A stretch of DNA of 64,000 nucleotides from an uncultured Chloroflexia bacterium (GCA_963713975.1 OY970218.1:1088001-1152000); one strand, 5' to 3'. Positions 21,755 to 31,200 are shown, numbered from the stretch's first letter. Notes: generated by a model not told the origin, from the sequence alone. Numbers and translations: made by a program.

Positions 21755-22290
21755 CAGCCGGCATCCTCCCGCTCGCGCTTGGCGAGGTACACGCCGCCGA
21801 TCACGGCGGCCAGGAGCAGGACGCTCACCACCTCGAACGGCAGCGTGTAGTCGCTGAACAGGGTCGTCGCCAGCTCCGTCGTGTCGGTCCAGATCCGGGC
21901 CCCCGCCTCGGGCCAGTCCGTGGCCACGATGCTGAGGATCACGAGGACGGCGAGCACCGCGGACGCGATCGCCGCCGGAAGGGCCTGCGTCTGGAACACC
22001 AGCTCCCGGGGCGCCGCCTTGGTCTGGGTGAGCATGATCGCGAACAGGACCAGGACGCTGATCGCGCCGATGTACACCAGGACCTGCGCGGCGGCGACCA
22101 CCGGTGATCCCGCGATCACGTAGAGCCCGGCCAGGGCGGCGAAGCAGATGATCATCGCCAGGCCCGACCGGATGATGTCGCGCATCAGGACGACCAGGAG
22201 GGCGGACCCGAGCATGACGGCCGCGAAGCCCATGAACAGCAGGTCGTCCCACCCGATCCCGAGCAGCGGGATCGTCTCAGGCAGCGTCAC
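21754..22290 (-). CDS. nuoJ: NADH-quinone oxidoreductase subunit J
   Basis: 'AQVLVYIGAISVLVLFAIML', 'YTLPFEVVSVLLLAAVIG'. Confidence 0.95.
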   Translation of the reverse strand: MTLPETIPLLGIGWDDLLFMGFAAVMLGSALLVVLMRDIIRSGLAMIICFAALAGLYVIAGSPVVAAAQVLVYIGAISVLVLFAIMLTQTKAAPRELVFQTQALPAAIASAVLAVLVILSIVATDWPEAGARIWTDTTELATTLFSDYTLPFEVVSVLLLAAVIGGVYLAKREREDAG

Positions 22291-24947
22291 GCGTCCCTCT
22301 CAGCGTTCGGGGCGGAGACGGCGTTTCCGGACCCTTGGTGGTGTCCGTTGCCGTTGCCGTTCCCGTGTCCGATCGCAAGCGAGGCCGGCAGGACGGGGAG
22401 CAGCCGGGACTCGTCGAGGATGCGGCCCTCGGCCCGTGCACGCTCCGCCCAGTCGCGCTCGCGGCGGATGTAGCTCATCTCCGTCTCACGCTCGATCCCG
22501 GCCAGCGCGAGGAGGTCGATCGACGGCTCCTCGCGGGACGTGTGGCTGAGCTCGAACTGGTCGCTGTCGCGGACGGCATCGTAGGGGCAGGCGTCGACGC
22601 AGATGCCGCACAGGATGCAGCGGCTCTCGTCGACCTCGTACTTCTGGAGGACGCGCGGCTTGGGCATCAGCGCACCGGTCGGGCACGTCTCCGCGCAGCG
22701 GCCACAGGACACGCAGGGCGTGTCGTTGAGGCTCATGTCCAACGGCGTCGTGACCAGAGTGTCGAAGCCGATGCGCATGAAGTCGTAGCAGGCGGCCCCC
22801 ACGACCTCGGCGCACACGTTGGCGCAGCGGCCGCAGTCGATGCACCGGGCGGGCTCGCGCAGGATGAAGGCGTGGGAATCGTCCCGGACGTAGTCGTGGT
22901 TGACGCCGGTGAACCGGTTCTCCGTCACGGACCGGTAGCCGGCGCCGGAGTGGAAGGTCTTCTCGAGCGTCCGAAGGGTCGTGCCGTACTCGATGCCCAG
23001 GCGGCGCAGGTCGCAGAAGCCGATCGCCTCGCATGTGCACTGGAGGCAGCGGGTCGACTCGGCCACGGCCTCGTCCCGCGTGTACGGGATCTCGTACTCG
23101 ATGTAGCTCGCGTTGCGGATCTCGGCCTCGAGGCCCTTGAGGCGGTAGCGCGACTCCTTGATCTCGCCGGTGAAGGGCACGATCGAGAGGAACTCGGGCT
23201 GCGGCTCCGCGAGCGTCTGGCGGGTCCGGATGGCAGCCAGGTCGTTGCCTCGGAGGTAGGCGTCCACCGCGTAGGCCGCTCGCCGCCCCTCGGCGATGGC
23301 CTGGACGACCGTCGCCGCGCCGATCCGCACGTCACCCGCTCCGAACACGCCGGGACGCCCGGTCTCGAACGTGACGGCGTCCGCCTGGAGGCGGCGGTTC
23401 CGGGTGGCCGTCAGGCCGTCGTTGCCGGGACCGAACCAGGCAAGGTCGGGGCCCTGGCCGATGGCGAGCAGGACGCGGTCGCAGGGGATGGTGAACTCGG
23501 TGCCGGCGGCCGGCTCCGGGCGGCGGCGGCCGGATGCGTCGGGCTCGCCGAGCTGCATCCGGATGAACTCGATCCCGACGGCCTTGCCGGTCTTCTCGTC
23601 AGTGACGACGCGCGTCGGACCGGCCTGGAAGATGGTGGTGACACCCTCCTCGATGGCCTCGTGGACCTCGCTCGCGGCCGGCATGTCCTTCATGTCGCGG
23701 CGGTAGACGAGCGTGACCTCGCCGGCGCCCTGGCGAACCGACGTCCGGACGCAGTCCATCGCCGTGAAGCCGCCGCCCACGACGACGACGCGGGTGCCCT
23801 CGTGGCCGGGGTACGGCAGGCCCAGCGTGGCGGTGCGCAGGTACTCCAGGCCGTCGATGACGCCGTCGGCGTCCTCGTTCGGGATGCCAAGCTTGTTCGT
23901 GTCGTAACAGCCGATGGCGACCACGACGCTGTCGAAGCCCTGGTGCTGGAGGTCGTCGAGCGTGAAGTCCCGGCCCAGCTCCATGTTGCAGCGCATCTTG
24001 CCGCCGAGCCGGGTGACCGACTCGTACTCGGCCTCGAGCACCTCCACCTTGGGCAGCCGGTACTGTGGGATGCCGTAGCGGAGCATGCCGCCGGGGGCCG
24101 CGTCGCGCTCGAAGATCGTCACACCGTGCCCGGCGAGGAGCAGGTAGAACGCCGCGCTCATGCCGGCGGGCCCGGAGCCGATGACCGCGGCCCGGCGCCC
24201 GGACGGCGCCTGCTTGTCGAACGGCAGCGGCGGGTCGACGTCATCATCGAGCATCGCCTTGAGCACCTGGTCGCCGGCATAGCGGTGGCTGTCGCGGATG
24301 GCGATGGCCTCGTCCACCTCGTCCCGCCGGCAGTGCTCCTCGCAGGGTGCCGGGCAGACCCGGCCGAGGATGCTGGGGAAGGGGATCGTGCGCTTGAAGA
24401 TGCGCACCGACTCCCGCCAGTTGGCCTCCGCGTTGGCCTTGAGGAAGCCGGGGATGTCGATGTGGCTGGGGCACTTGTTCTGGCAGGGCGGCAGGCAGTA
24501 GGCGTTGTGGTCCGAGAAGATCAACTCGAGGTTGGTCCGCCGGATCCGGCGCAGGTCGTCGGTCTGGGTCCGGACGACCATGTCCGGCTCGGCTGCGCGC
24601 GAGCACGAGATCGGCGGCTGCTCCTCGCCCTCGACCTCGACCACGCACATGCGGCAGGCGCCGAACCCCGGCAGCTTGGGCTCGTAGCACAGGGTGGGGA
24701 TCTCGATCCCGTTGTCGCGACAGACCTCGAGGATCGTCTGCCCCTCGAAGCCCTCGACGACGCGTCCGTCCACCTCGATCCGGATCCCCGGCGTGCTCTG
24801 CGGGCGCTGCGGCGACTGCGTGGTGAGCAGACGCTCCGCGAGCGAGTCGTCGCGCGGCGTGATGGTGTCGTAGATGAGCGGCGAGTCGGGGCGGACCTCG
24901 CGGGGTCGGTCGAGCGGGCCCTCGGGGCGCGTGATCAGGTCGGCCAT
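22287..24947 (-). CDS. Multidomain Fe-S flavoprotein: NuoG-type [2Fe-2S] + GltD/NfnL-like FAD/NADP(H) domain + 2x[4Fe-4S] motifs + NuoI C-terminal half
   Basis: IPTLC..GACRMC..C; PPCQNKCP; GRVCPAPCEEHC; GSGPAG; GGGFTAMD..VYRR; RCLQC; CIDCGRCANVC; CVSCGRCAETCP; YEVDESRCILCGICVDACPYDA..FEL. Confidence 0.85.
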   Translation of the reverse strand: MADLITRPEGPLDRPREVRPDSPLIYDTITPRDDSLAERLLTTQSPQRPQSTPGIRIEVDGRVVEGFEGQTILEVCRDNGIEIPTLCYEPKLPGFGACRMCVVEVEGEEQPPISCSRAAEPDMVVRTQTDDLRRIRRTNLELIFSDHNAYCLPPCQNKCPSHIDIPGFLKANAEANWRESVRIFKRTIPFPSILGRVCPAPCEEHCRRDEVDEAIAIRDSHRYAGDQVLKAMLDDDVDPPLPFDKQAPSGRRAAVIGSGPAGMSAAFYLLLAGHGVTIFERDAAPGGMLRYGIPQYRLPKVEVLEAEYESVTRLGGKMRCNMELGRDFTLDDLQHQGFDSVVVAIGCYDTNKLGIPNEDADGVIDGLEYLRTATLGLPYPGHEGTRVVVVGGGFTAMDCVRTSVRQGAGEVTLVYRRDMKDMPAASEVHEAIEEGVTTIFQAGPTRVVTDEKTGKAVGIEFIRMQLGEPDASGRRRPEPAAGTEFTIPCDRVLLAIGQGPDLAWFGPGNDGLTATRNRRLQADAVTFETGRPGVFGAGDVRIGAATVVQAIAEGRRAAYAVDAYLRGNDLAAIRTRQTLAEPQPEFLSIVPFTGEIKESRYRLKGLEAEIRNASYIEYEIPYTRDEAVAESTRCLQCTCEAIGFCDLRRLGIEYGTTLRTLEKTFHSGAGYRSVTENRFTGVNHDYVRDDSHAFILREPARCIDCGRCANVCAEVVGAACYDFMRIGFDTLVTTPLDMSLNDTPCVSCGRCAETCPTGALMPKPRVLQKYEVDESRCILCGICVDACPYDAVRDSDQFELSHTSREEPSIDLLALAGIERETEMSYIRRERDWAERARAEGRILDESRLLPVLPASLAIGHGNGNGNGHHQGSGNAVSAPNAERDA

Positions 24948-26287
24948 CAGCGGGCTCCTGCTGGTGCCGTGCCGGCGCCCACCGCGATCGGTGTGCACAC
25001 GCCGGCGGGGCAATGGGAGCGAAGGAGGTGGTCGTCGATCTCAGCGCGGAAGTGGCGCATCGCGCTGGTGAAGGGCAGGGTGGCGAGACGCTCGTGGTCG
25101 CACAGCGCGGAGGCCGCGATGTCCTCGGCAAGGTCCGTCAGCAGGGCCGCGTCCGTGGGCTTGGGCCGGCCGGAGGCAATCCGGTCGCCGATCTCGTACA
25201 GCCGGCGCAAGCCGATCCGGCAGGGGATGGATTTGCCGCACGCGGCGTCCGCGGAGAACTTCGTCAGCAGGCGGGCGAGGTCCACGATGCAGGCACGCTC
25301 GTCGGCGACGACCACGGATCCGGAGCCGATGTGAGCGCCGGCATCCCGCAGGGCATCGAAGTCGTAGGGGGTGTCCAGGAGATCCGGGGGCAGGAGGCCG
25401 CCCGTTGGACCGCCGACGAGCACCGCCTTGAGGGCCCGGCTGCCCGTGCCGCCCGCGAGCTCCACGATCGTGCGAACGGGCGTGCCAAGGGGCACCTCGG
25501 CCATTCCTGCGCCCTCGGGCCCGCGCACCTGGACGAGGATGGTCCCCGGTCCGGCCGGCGAGCCGATGCCTGCGAATGCCTCGCTGCCGTGGGCCACGAT
25601 CCACGGGACCGCGGCCAGCGTCTGCACGTTGTTGACCACCGTCGGCCGGTCGAACAGGCCCTTCTCGGTGGGGTACGGCGGTCGTTGGTCCGGCTGGCCG
25701 CGCTTGCCCTCGAGGGCCTTGATGAGGACGGTCTCCTCGCCCAGCATGTAGGCGCCCTGGACGGTTCGGACCGTCATGGTCACGCGATGGCCGGATCCCA
25801 GCACATCCTCGCCCAGGAAGCCCGCCTCCTCGGCCGCCAGCATCGCGCCCTCGAGGAGGGTCACCAACGCCGGGTCGTCGCCGCGGACGGCGAGGATCGC
25901 CTCGGTTGCGTCGACCGCGAAGGCGGCGATGGCCAGGCCCTCGATCACGGCCCAAGGATCCCGGCGCATCAGCTCCGCGTCGGTCTGGACCGCCGGGTCC
26001 GCGCCGTACCCGTTGGCGATGACGTAGCGCTGGTCTGCCGGCCGGCCGGCCGCGGCGCGCCACTTCTCGCCGGTCGGGAAGCCCGCGCCGCCGCGGCCCC
26101 GGAGCCCGGAGGCAGCGATCGTCGCGATCGTGCCGGTGGCGCCCAGGTCCCGAACCGTCGTGCGGAGGCTCTCGAACGCTCCCTCGCGGACCGCGGCATC
26201 GAGGTCGGACGGGTCCGCGGCCAGTGCGGCGGCACGCCCGGTGAGGATCGATGGCCAGTCGGCGGGCGTCGTGAGGAAGGGGCTCAT
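24947..26287 (-). CDS. nuoF: NuoF/HydB-like subunit with degenerate FMN/NADH and N3 motifs
   Basis: SGLRGRGGAGFPTGEKW and GEET..LEGKRGQP are intact. NGYGADP replaces NADEGEP and CGKSIPC replaces CGxCxPC. C-terminal H..CPAGVC. Confidence 0.8.
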   Translation of the reverse strand: MSPFLTTPADWPSILTGRAAALAADPSDLDAAVREGAFESLRTTVRDLGATGTIATIAASGLRGRGGAGFPTGEKWRAAAGRPADQRYVIANGYGADPAVQTDAELMRRDPWAVIEGLAIAAFAVDATEAILAVRGDDPALVTLLEGAMLAAEEAGFLGEDVLGSGHRVTMTVRTVQGAYMLGEETVLIKALEGKRGQPDQRPPYPTEKGLFDRPTVVNNVQTLAAVPWIVAHGSEAFAGIGSPAGPGTILVQVRGPEGAGMAEVPLGTPVRTIVELAGGTGSRALKAVLVGGPTGGLLPPDLLDTPYDFDALRDAGAHIGSGSVVVADERACIVDLARLLTKFSADAACGKSIPCRIGLRRLYEIGDRIASGRPKPTDAALLTDLAEDIAASALCDHERLATLPFTSAMRHFRAEIDDHLLRSHCPAGVCTPIAVGAGTAPAGAR

Positions 26288-26949
26288 CAGCTCGTGCGCC
26301 CCCCGAAGCCGAGGGAGGTGTCCAGCGCAGCCACGAAGGCGCTCTCGCCGGCCCGGTGTGCCTCACCCGCCGCGGCGATCGGCGTCATCGCGGGCGGCTC
26401 GAACCGGAGGTGGCCGTAGGAGGAGGCGGTGCCGTAGATCATGGCGTACCAGGCCCCGGTGATCCGCGAGATGTGCCTGAGCGCGGCCACGGGCAGGTAG
26501 CCGTACACCGCCTGCGTCTCCTCGAGGATGGCCAGCAGCAGCTTCGGGTCGTAGTCGCGGGCCTCGAGGATGGCGTCCAGCGGCGCCAGGTCGATCTGGT
26601 CGAACCGTGCGTAGGCCGGGTCGGCGACCGGTCGGCCGGATCGCCGGAGCGCGGACTCCTCGCGCCGCTCGCCGTACGTCTCCGAGGGACCCCAGTGCAC
26701 GTGGAAGCGCCCCTTGGTGTCCACGCCGCCCATGTCGATGCACTCGATGGGGCACGCCTGGGCGCACTGGAAGCACGTCTCGCACTTGAGCGTGCCGTAC
26801 TCGTCGTAGAGGAGCTGCAGGCGGCCCCGGAACTTGGGTGCCACGTCGGCGCGCTGCTCCGGCCACATGATCGTGGCCTTGGGCTGGAAGAACCGGCGCA
26901 GGGTGAGACCCATGCCGCGGACCAGACCGATGCCGGGGATGAAACTCAT
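26287..26949 (-). CDS. Fusion of NuoI N-terminal half and NuoE N-terminal helical domain (no [2Fe-2S] domain)
   Basis: 'GMGLTLRRFF..KATIMWPE..KFRGRLQL..KCETCFQCAQACPIECIDM', then 'LLAILEETQAVYGYLP..IYGTASSYGHL'. Confidence 0.8.
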   Translation of the reverse strand: MSFIPGIGLVRGMGLTLRRFFQPKATIMWPEQRADVAPKFRGRLQLLYDEYGTLKCETCFQCAQACPIECIDMGGVDTKGRFHVHWGPSETYGERREESALRRSGRPVADPAYARFDQIDLAPLDAILEARDYDPKLLLAILEETQAVYGYLPVAALRHISRITGAWYAMIYGTASSYGHLRFEPPAMTPIAAAGEAHRAGESAFVAALDTSLGFGGRTS

Positions 26950-26956
26950 AGGACGC

Positions 26957-28300
26957 TCACAGGCTCCTCACGACGACGATCGCCGTGGCGGTGATGAACA
27001 GGTTGAGCAGCGCGGCGGGCAGCAGCCACTTCCAGGCGAAGCCCATCAACTGGTCGATGCGCACCCGGGGGAAGGTGCCCCGCATCCACACGAAGATGAA
27101 CACGAAGGTGAAAGACTTGAGCATGAACCAGGCGATGCCCGAGACCCAGTCCCAGCCGATGTAGGCGAGGCCGAGCAGCGCGCCCATGGCCACGAGGTTG
27201 AATGTGAGGAACCCGAGGACCAGCGCCTGCCAGCCGGGGCTCTTGGTCCGCACGAGGTAGAAGGGCATCGCGAACAGCAGGGTCAGGGCGACCGGTGCCG
27301 CTGCCGCCAGGATCAGGAGGCCGATGCCGAGGCTGCCCGGATCGAGCGCCAGCGTGATGTCCGGGAACGGGAACGGCGCGTTCCAGGCCCCGAAGAACAG
27401 GGTCACCATCAACGCCGAGACGATGAACACGTTCACGTACTCGGCGAAGAACAGGAACCCGAAGCGCATCCCCGAGTACTCGGTGGCGAAGCCGGCCACG
27501 ATCTCCGAGTCGGCCTCGGTCAGGTCGAATGGCGTACGGTTGGCCTCGGCGGTGGCGGCGATGAAGAAGATCAACGCCCCCAGCGGCTGACGGAACACGA
27601 ACCAGTTCGTGAACCAGCCCCCCTGCTGCTCGGCGATCCCGTTGAGGCTCATCGTCCCGGCAAGCAGGATCAGGCCGACCACGGACAGCGTCAGCGGGAG
27701 CTCGTAGGAGATGGCTTGGGCCGCGGAGCGGAGGCCACCGAGGAGCGAGTACTTGTTGAAGCTGGACCAGCCCGCGAGCAGCAGGCCGACCACCGTCATG
27801 CCGCCGACCGCGAACAGGTACAGCAGCCCGATGTTGAAGTCCTGGCCCACCAGCCCGGGCCCGAACGGGATGACCAGGAAGGTCATCACCGCGGTCAGGA
27901 AGACGAGCACCGGCGCCCAGGTGAACACCAGACGGTCTGCGTTGGTCGGGGTGAAGTCCTCCTTGGTCAGCACCTTCAGTCCCGCCACCAGCGAGTGGAG
28001 GGCGCCTGCGGGTCCCACCCGGTTGGGCCCGACCCGCAGGTTCATATAGGCGATGACCTTGAGCTCCATGTAGATGATGATGAACGCGGCCGGGATGCTG
28101 AACAGCAGGATCGCCGTGATCGCCACCACGAACCGGACGATGCCCAGGTTCGAGCTCAGGACCTCCACGAGCCACGGGACCAGGTAGACCGCACCCAGGA
28201 TCGTCACGATCGGCCCGACGACGAGGATCAGGAACAGCAGCGGCAGGATGATCTTGCCGGCCGTGCTCAGGCCGCCCCGAGGCTGGTTGAGGGTCGTCAT
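26957..28300 (-). CDS. nuoH: NADH-quinone oxidoreductase subunit H (extended, 447 aa)
   Basis: 'RVGPNRVGP', 'KVLTKED', 'GGLRSAAQAISYE', 'NRTPFDLTEADSE', 'PRVRIDQLM'. Confidence 0.96.
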   Translation of the reverse strand: MTTLNQPRGGLSTAGKIILPLLFLILVVGPIVTILGAVYLVPWLVEVLSSNLGIVRFVVAITAILLFSIPAAFIIIYMELKVIAYMNLRVGPNRVGPAGALHSLVAGLKVLTKEDFTPTNADRLVFTWAPVLVFLTAVMTFLVIPFGPGLVGQDFNIGLLYLFAVGGMTVVGLLLAGWSSFNKYSLLGGLRSAAQAISYELPLTLSVVGLILLAGTMSLNGIAEQQGGWFTNWFVFRQPLGALIFFIAATAEANRTPFDLTEADSEIVAGFATEYSGMRFGFLFFAEYVNVFIVSALMVTLFFGAWNAPFPFPDITLALDPGSLGIGLLILAAAAPVALTLLFAMPFYLVRTKSPGWQALVLGFLTFNLVAMGALLGLAYIGWDWVSGIAWFMLKSFTFVFIFVWMRGTFPRVRIDQLMGFAWKWLLPAALLNLFITATAIVVVRSL

Positions 28301-28310
28301 CGGATCGCCG

Positions 28311-29543
28311 TCACTTGTCGATCCCGCCCATGACCGGATCGATGGACGCCATGACGGCCATCGTGTCCGCGATCAGGTTGCCCTTCATGAGCAGCCCGAC
28401 CAGCTGCATGTTCACGAAGGACGGGTCGTGGATCTTCATCCGGAAGGGCTGGTCCGTTCCGTCCGAGATGGCGTACGTGCCATAGAGGCCGCGCGGCGCC
28501 TCCACGGCCGCCCACGCCCGGCCCGGCCGCGGGCGGAGCAGGCGCGGGAGCCGCGCCATGATCGGGCCGTCCGGCATCTCGTGGAGGCACTGGTCGATGA
28601 TCCGCAGGCTCTGCTTCACCTCGTCGAGGCGGAGCAGGTAGCGGTCGAGCGAGTCGCCGCCACCGGGGGTGTTGCGGACCGGGATGTCGAAGTCCAGCTC
28701 CGGGTAGACGGAGTAGGGATGCGCACGGCGGACGTCGAAGGGCACGCCCGAGGCGCGCAGGTTCGGTCCTGTGACCGCCATCCGGAGGGCCGTGTCGGCG
28801 TCCAGCTTGCCGATGTCGCGCATCCGGCGGACGAAGATCTCGTTCTCGTTGAGCAGCCCGATGTTGGCCTCGTGCTGCTTCGCGGCTCGGCTCATCCAGT
28901 CGCCAAGGCGGGACATGAACTCGTGGTTGAGGTCGCCGTTCACGCCGCCGATGCGGAAGTAGTTGAACAGCATCCGCTGGCCGGTGATGGCGGCCAGCAT
29001 CTCCACGATCTCGTCACGCTCGATGAAGCTGTACAGGATCGGGGTCAGGCCGCCGAGGTCCAGCGCCATCCAGCCCTGGTACAGGGCGTGGCTGGAGACA
29101 CGCAGGAGCTCGCCGGTGAGCACCCGGATGTACTCCGCGCGGCGCGGCACCTCCACGTCCAGGAGCTTCTCGAACGCCATCACGGGCGCCCACTCCATGA
29201 ACAGCGAGCTCACGTACTCGAGCGGGTCCACCTGGCTGATGATGTGGTGGTAGTCCGAGTTCTCGCACAGCTTCTCCACCCCGCGGTGGAGATAGCCGAG
29301 GACCGGGTCCAGGTCGACGACCTGCTCGCCGTTGATCTTCAGGACGACGCGCAGCACGCCGTGGGTCGACGGGTGCTGGGGTCCCATGTTGAGGAACATC
29401 TCGCCGTCGCGCAGGCTGTAGAACTCGGCCTCGCGCTCGGTGCGGGGCGGGTACGGCGGGACGGCCTCGAACGCACCGATCTGGTTGTCGAGCATGATCC
29501 GGGGATCGTCCTCGGACGGGTGCTGGCCGGTGGGCGCGGTCAT
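28311..29543 (-). CDS. nuoD: NADH-quinone oxidoreductase subunit D
   Basis: 'NMGPQHPSTHGVLR', 'GYLHRGVEK', 'GPNLRASG', 'EAPRG'. Confidence 0.96.
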   Translation of the reverse strand: MTAPTGQHPSEDDPRIMLDNQIGAFEAVPPYPPRTEREAEFYSLRDGEMFLNMGPQHPSTHGVLRVVLKINGEQVVDLDPVLGYLHRGVEKLCENSDYHHIISQVDPLEYVSSLFMEWAPVMAFEKLLDVEVPRRAEYIRVLTGELLRVSSHALYQGWMALDLGGLTPILYSFIERDEIVEMLAAITGQRMLFNYFRIGGVNGDLNHEFMSRLGDWMSRAAKQHEANIGLLNENEIFVRRMRDIGKLDADTALRMAVTGPNLRASGVPFDVRRAHPYSVYPELDFDIPVRNTPGGGDSLDRYLLRLDEVKQSLRIIDQCLHEMPDGPIMARLPRLLRPRPGRAWAAVEAPRGLYGTYAISDGTDQPFRMKIHDPSFVNMQLVGLLMKGNLIADTMAVMASIDPVMGGIDK

Positions 29544-29546
29544 CGG

Positions 29547-30095
29547 TCAGGCCTTCACGGTGCGGCGAACCACGAGCTCGGGCGCCTGGGCCGGCGGGTG
29601 GGGCTGCTCCATGTGGCGGACACCACCGCCCGGGGAGCGCGCCGCATCGTCCGGCAGGTAGAAGTCCTTGCGCAGCGGGAAGCTGGTGTAATCGGGGGGC
29701 ATGTAGATCCGCCGCAGGTCGCGGTTGCCCTCGAAGATGATCCCGAACATGTCGTACGTCTCGCGCTCCATCCACTCCGCGCCGGGCCACAGCCCGGTCA
29801 GGGTGGGGATGCGCGGGTTGTCGCGGGGCAGGCCGTCTGCGATCACGCGCAGCCAGTCCGTCGTGGTCGCCGACCACAGGTGGTAGGTGACCTGCATGTG
29901 GGCCCCGGTGTCCACGCCGGCGAGATCCGCGAGGACCCCGAAGGCCAGCTCTGGCTCGTCATGGAGCGCGGTCATCACCTCTGTCAGGCTCGCCGGGCCG
30001 ATCCGGATCTCGGTCTCGTCGTGGCGCTGCCGGACCGGTCCCGTCAGGTGATCCGCGAACCGGCCCTCGAGGAGCTTGCGCAGCTGGCGATCCAT
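29547..30095 (-). CDS. nuoC: NADH-quinone oxidoreductase subunit C
   Basis: 'WPGAEWMERETYDMFGIIFEG..DLRRI...FPLRKDF'. Confidence 0.95.
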   Translation of the reverse strand: MDRQLRKLLEGRFADHLTGPVRQRHDETEIRIGPASLTEVMTALHDEPELAFGVLADLAGVDTGAHMQVTYHLWSATTTDWLRVIADGLPRDNPRIPTLTGLWPGAEWMERETYDMFGIIFEGNRDLRRIYMPPDYTSFPLRKDFYLPDDAARSPGGGVRHMEQPHPPAQAPELVVRRTVKA

Positions 30096-30097
30096 GG

Positions 30098-30841
30098 CTA
30101 GACGTCCCGCGGGACGTTGGGCCCGATGGGATGATCCGGCCAGTGGCCCCGCCGCTCCTTGACGAGCTGGCCCAGCTTCATCATCCCGTAGATCAGGCCC
30201 TCGGGGCGGGGCGGGCAGCCGGGGACGTACACGTCGACCGGCATCAGGCGGTCGATGCCCTCGATGGTGGAGTAGCTGCGCTTGTAGCGGCCGCCCGAGC
30301 ATGTGCAGTCGCCCATCGCGACGCACCACTTGGGCTCCGGCATCTGCTCCCACAGCCGGACGAGCGGGCCGGCCATCTTGGTGGTGAGCGTGCCGGCGAC
30401 GATCAGCACGTCCGCCTGGCGGGGGCTCGCACGGAACGGGAACATGCCCCAGCGATCCATGTCGTTCTTGGACGTGGCCGCGGACATCATCTCGATGGCG
30501 CAGCAGGCCAGGCCCGACAGGAGCGGCCACAGGCTGTTCATCCGGATCAGGTCGACGAGCAGGTCCGCCTTGGTGGGGATCACCTCCAGCGCGCCCCAGC
30601 GTGCCGTGTCCGACAGGACCAGGTCCGAGCCCTCCAGGTTCCGCAGGTGGGTGAACGCCGGGCTCCCGGAGCGGTACGCGTCCGGGCTGGTGGACGTCCA
30701 CAGCGTGTTGGGCACGACGAGTGGCTGCGCGACATCTCGCGGGGTCGCGGCGACCAGCGCCGATGCGGCGTTCGCGGCGGGGGGAGCGTCCGCCGCGGCG
30801 GCGTCGGGGACGACGGCCTCGCCCGCTTCGTCGGGGGTCAT
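30098..30841 (-). CDS. nuoB: NADH-quinone oxidoreductase subunit B
   Basis: '[10 protein letters not shown]', 'RASPRQAD', 'MGDCTCSGG', '[12 protein letters not shown]'. Confidence 0.96.
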   Translation of the reverse strand: MTPDEAGEAVVPDAAAADAPPAANAASALVAATPRDVAQPLVVPNTLWTSTSPDAYRSGSPAFTHLRNLEGSDLVLSDTARWGALEVIPTKADLLVDLIRMNSLWPLLSGLACCAIEMMSAATSKNDMDRWGMFPFRASPRQADVLIVAGTLTTKMAGPLVRLWEQMPEPKWCVAMGDCTCSGGRYKRSYSTIEGIDRLMPVDVYVPGCPPRPEGLIYGMMKLGQLVKERRGHWPDHPIGPNVPRDV

Positions 30842-31200
30842 CGCCACGACAGCACCCCCTTGCGCCATGCGTAGGCAAGGCCGAACAGGAGGATGCCGAC
30901 GAAGACCAGCATGCTCACGAACAGCGTGATCGGATCCGGGGCATCCCTGAAGATCAGGGCCCACAGGAAGATGAAGATCACCTCGATGTCGAAGGCGACG
31001 AACATCAGGGCGTAGATGTAGAACGAGATGCCGAAGCGGGCGTGCGTGTCGCCGTAGGTGTCGATGCCCGACTCGTACGGGTAGCCCTTGTGCTCGTCAC
31101 CACGGGTACGGTGGGAGATCAGCCAGGCCAGGCCGATCGTCCCGAAGACGAACAGGGTGCCGGCGATGACGAACCCGACGACGTACCAGATCCCGGTCAC
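30838..31200 (-). CDS. nuoA: NADH-quinone oxidoreductase subunit A
   Basis: 'YESG', '[10 protein letters not shown]', 'YAWRKGVL'; GTG 31200 has a GAGG RBS (alternative start 31293). Confidence 0.93.
   Translation of the reverse strand: MTGIWYVVGFVIAGTLFVFGTIGLAWLISHRTRGDEHKGYPYESGIDTYGDTHARFGISFYIYALMFVAFDIEVIFIFLWALIFRDAPDPITLFVSMLVFVGILLFGLAYAWRKGVLSWR

Noticed and set aside
22287-24947. Glutamate synthase small subunit, formate dehydrogenase or [FeFe]-hydrogenase
   Set aside because: No gltB nearby, no molybdopterin domain and no H-cluster motifs; the gene is embedded in the nuo operon.
22335-25334. 999-aa plus-strand ORF and similar long antisense ORFs (32958-35429, 42715-45177, 48150-50981, 35404-37569 N-part)
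   Set aside because: Shadow frames of real genes caused by high GC; no recognisable motifs.
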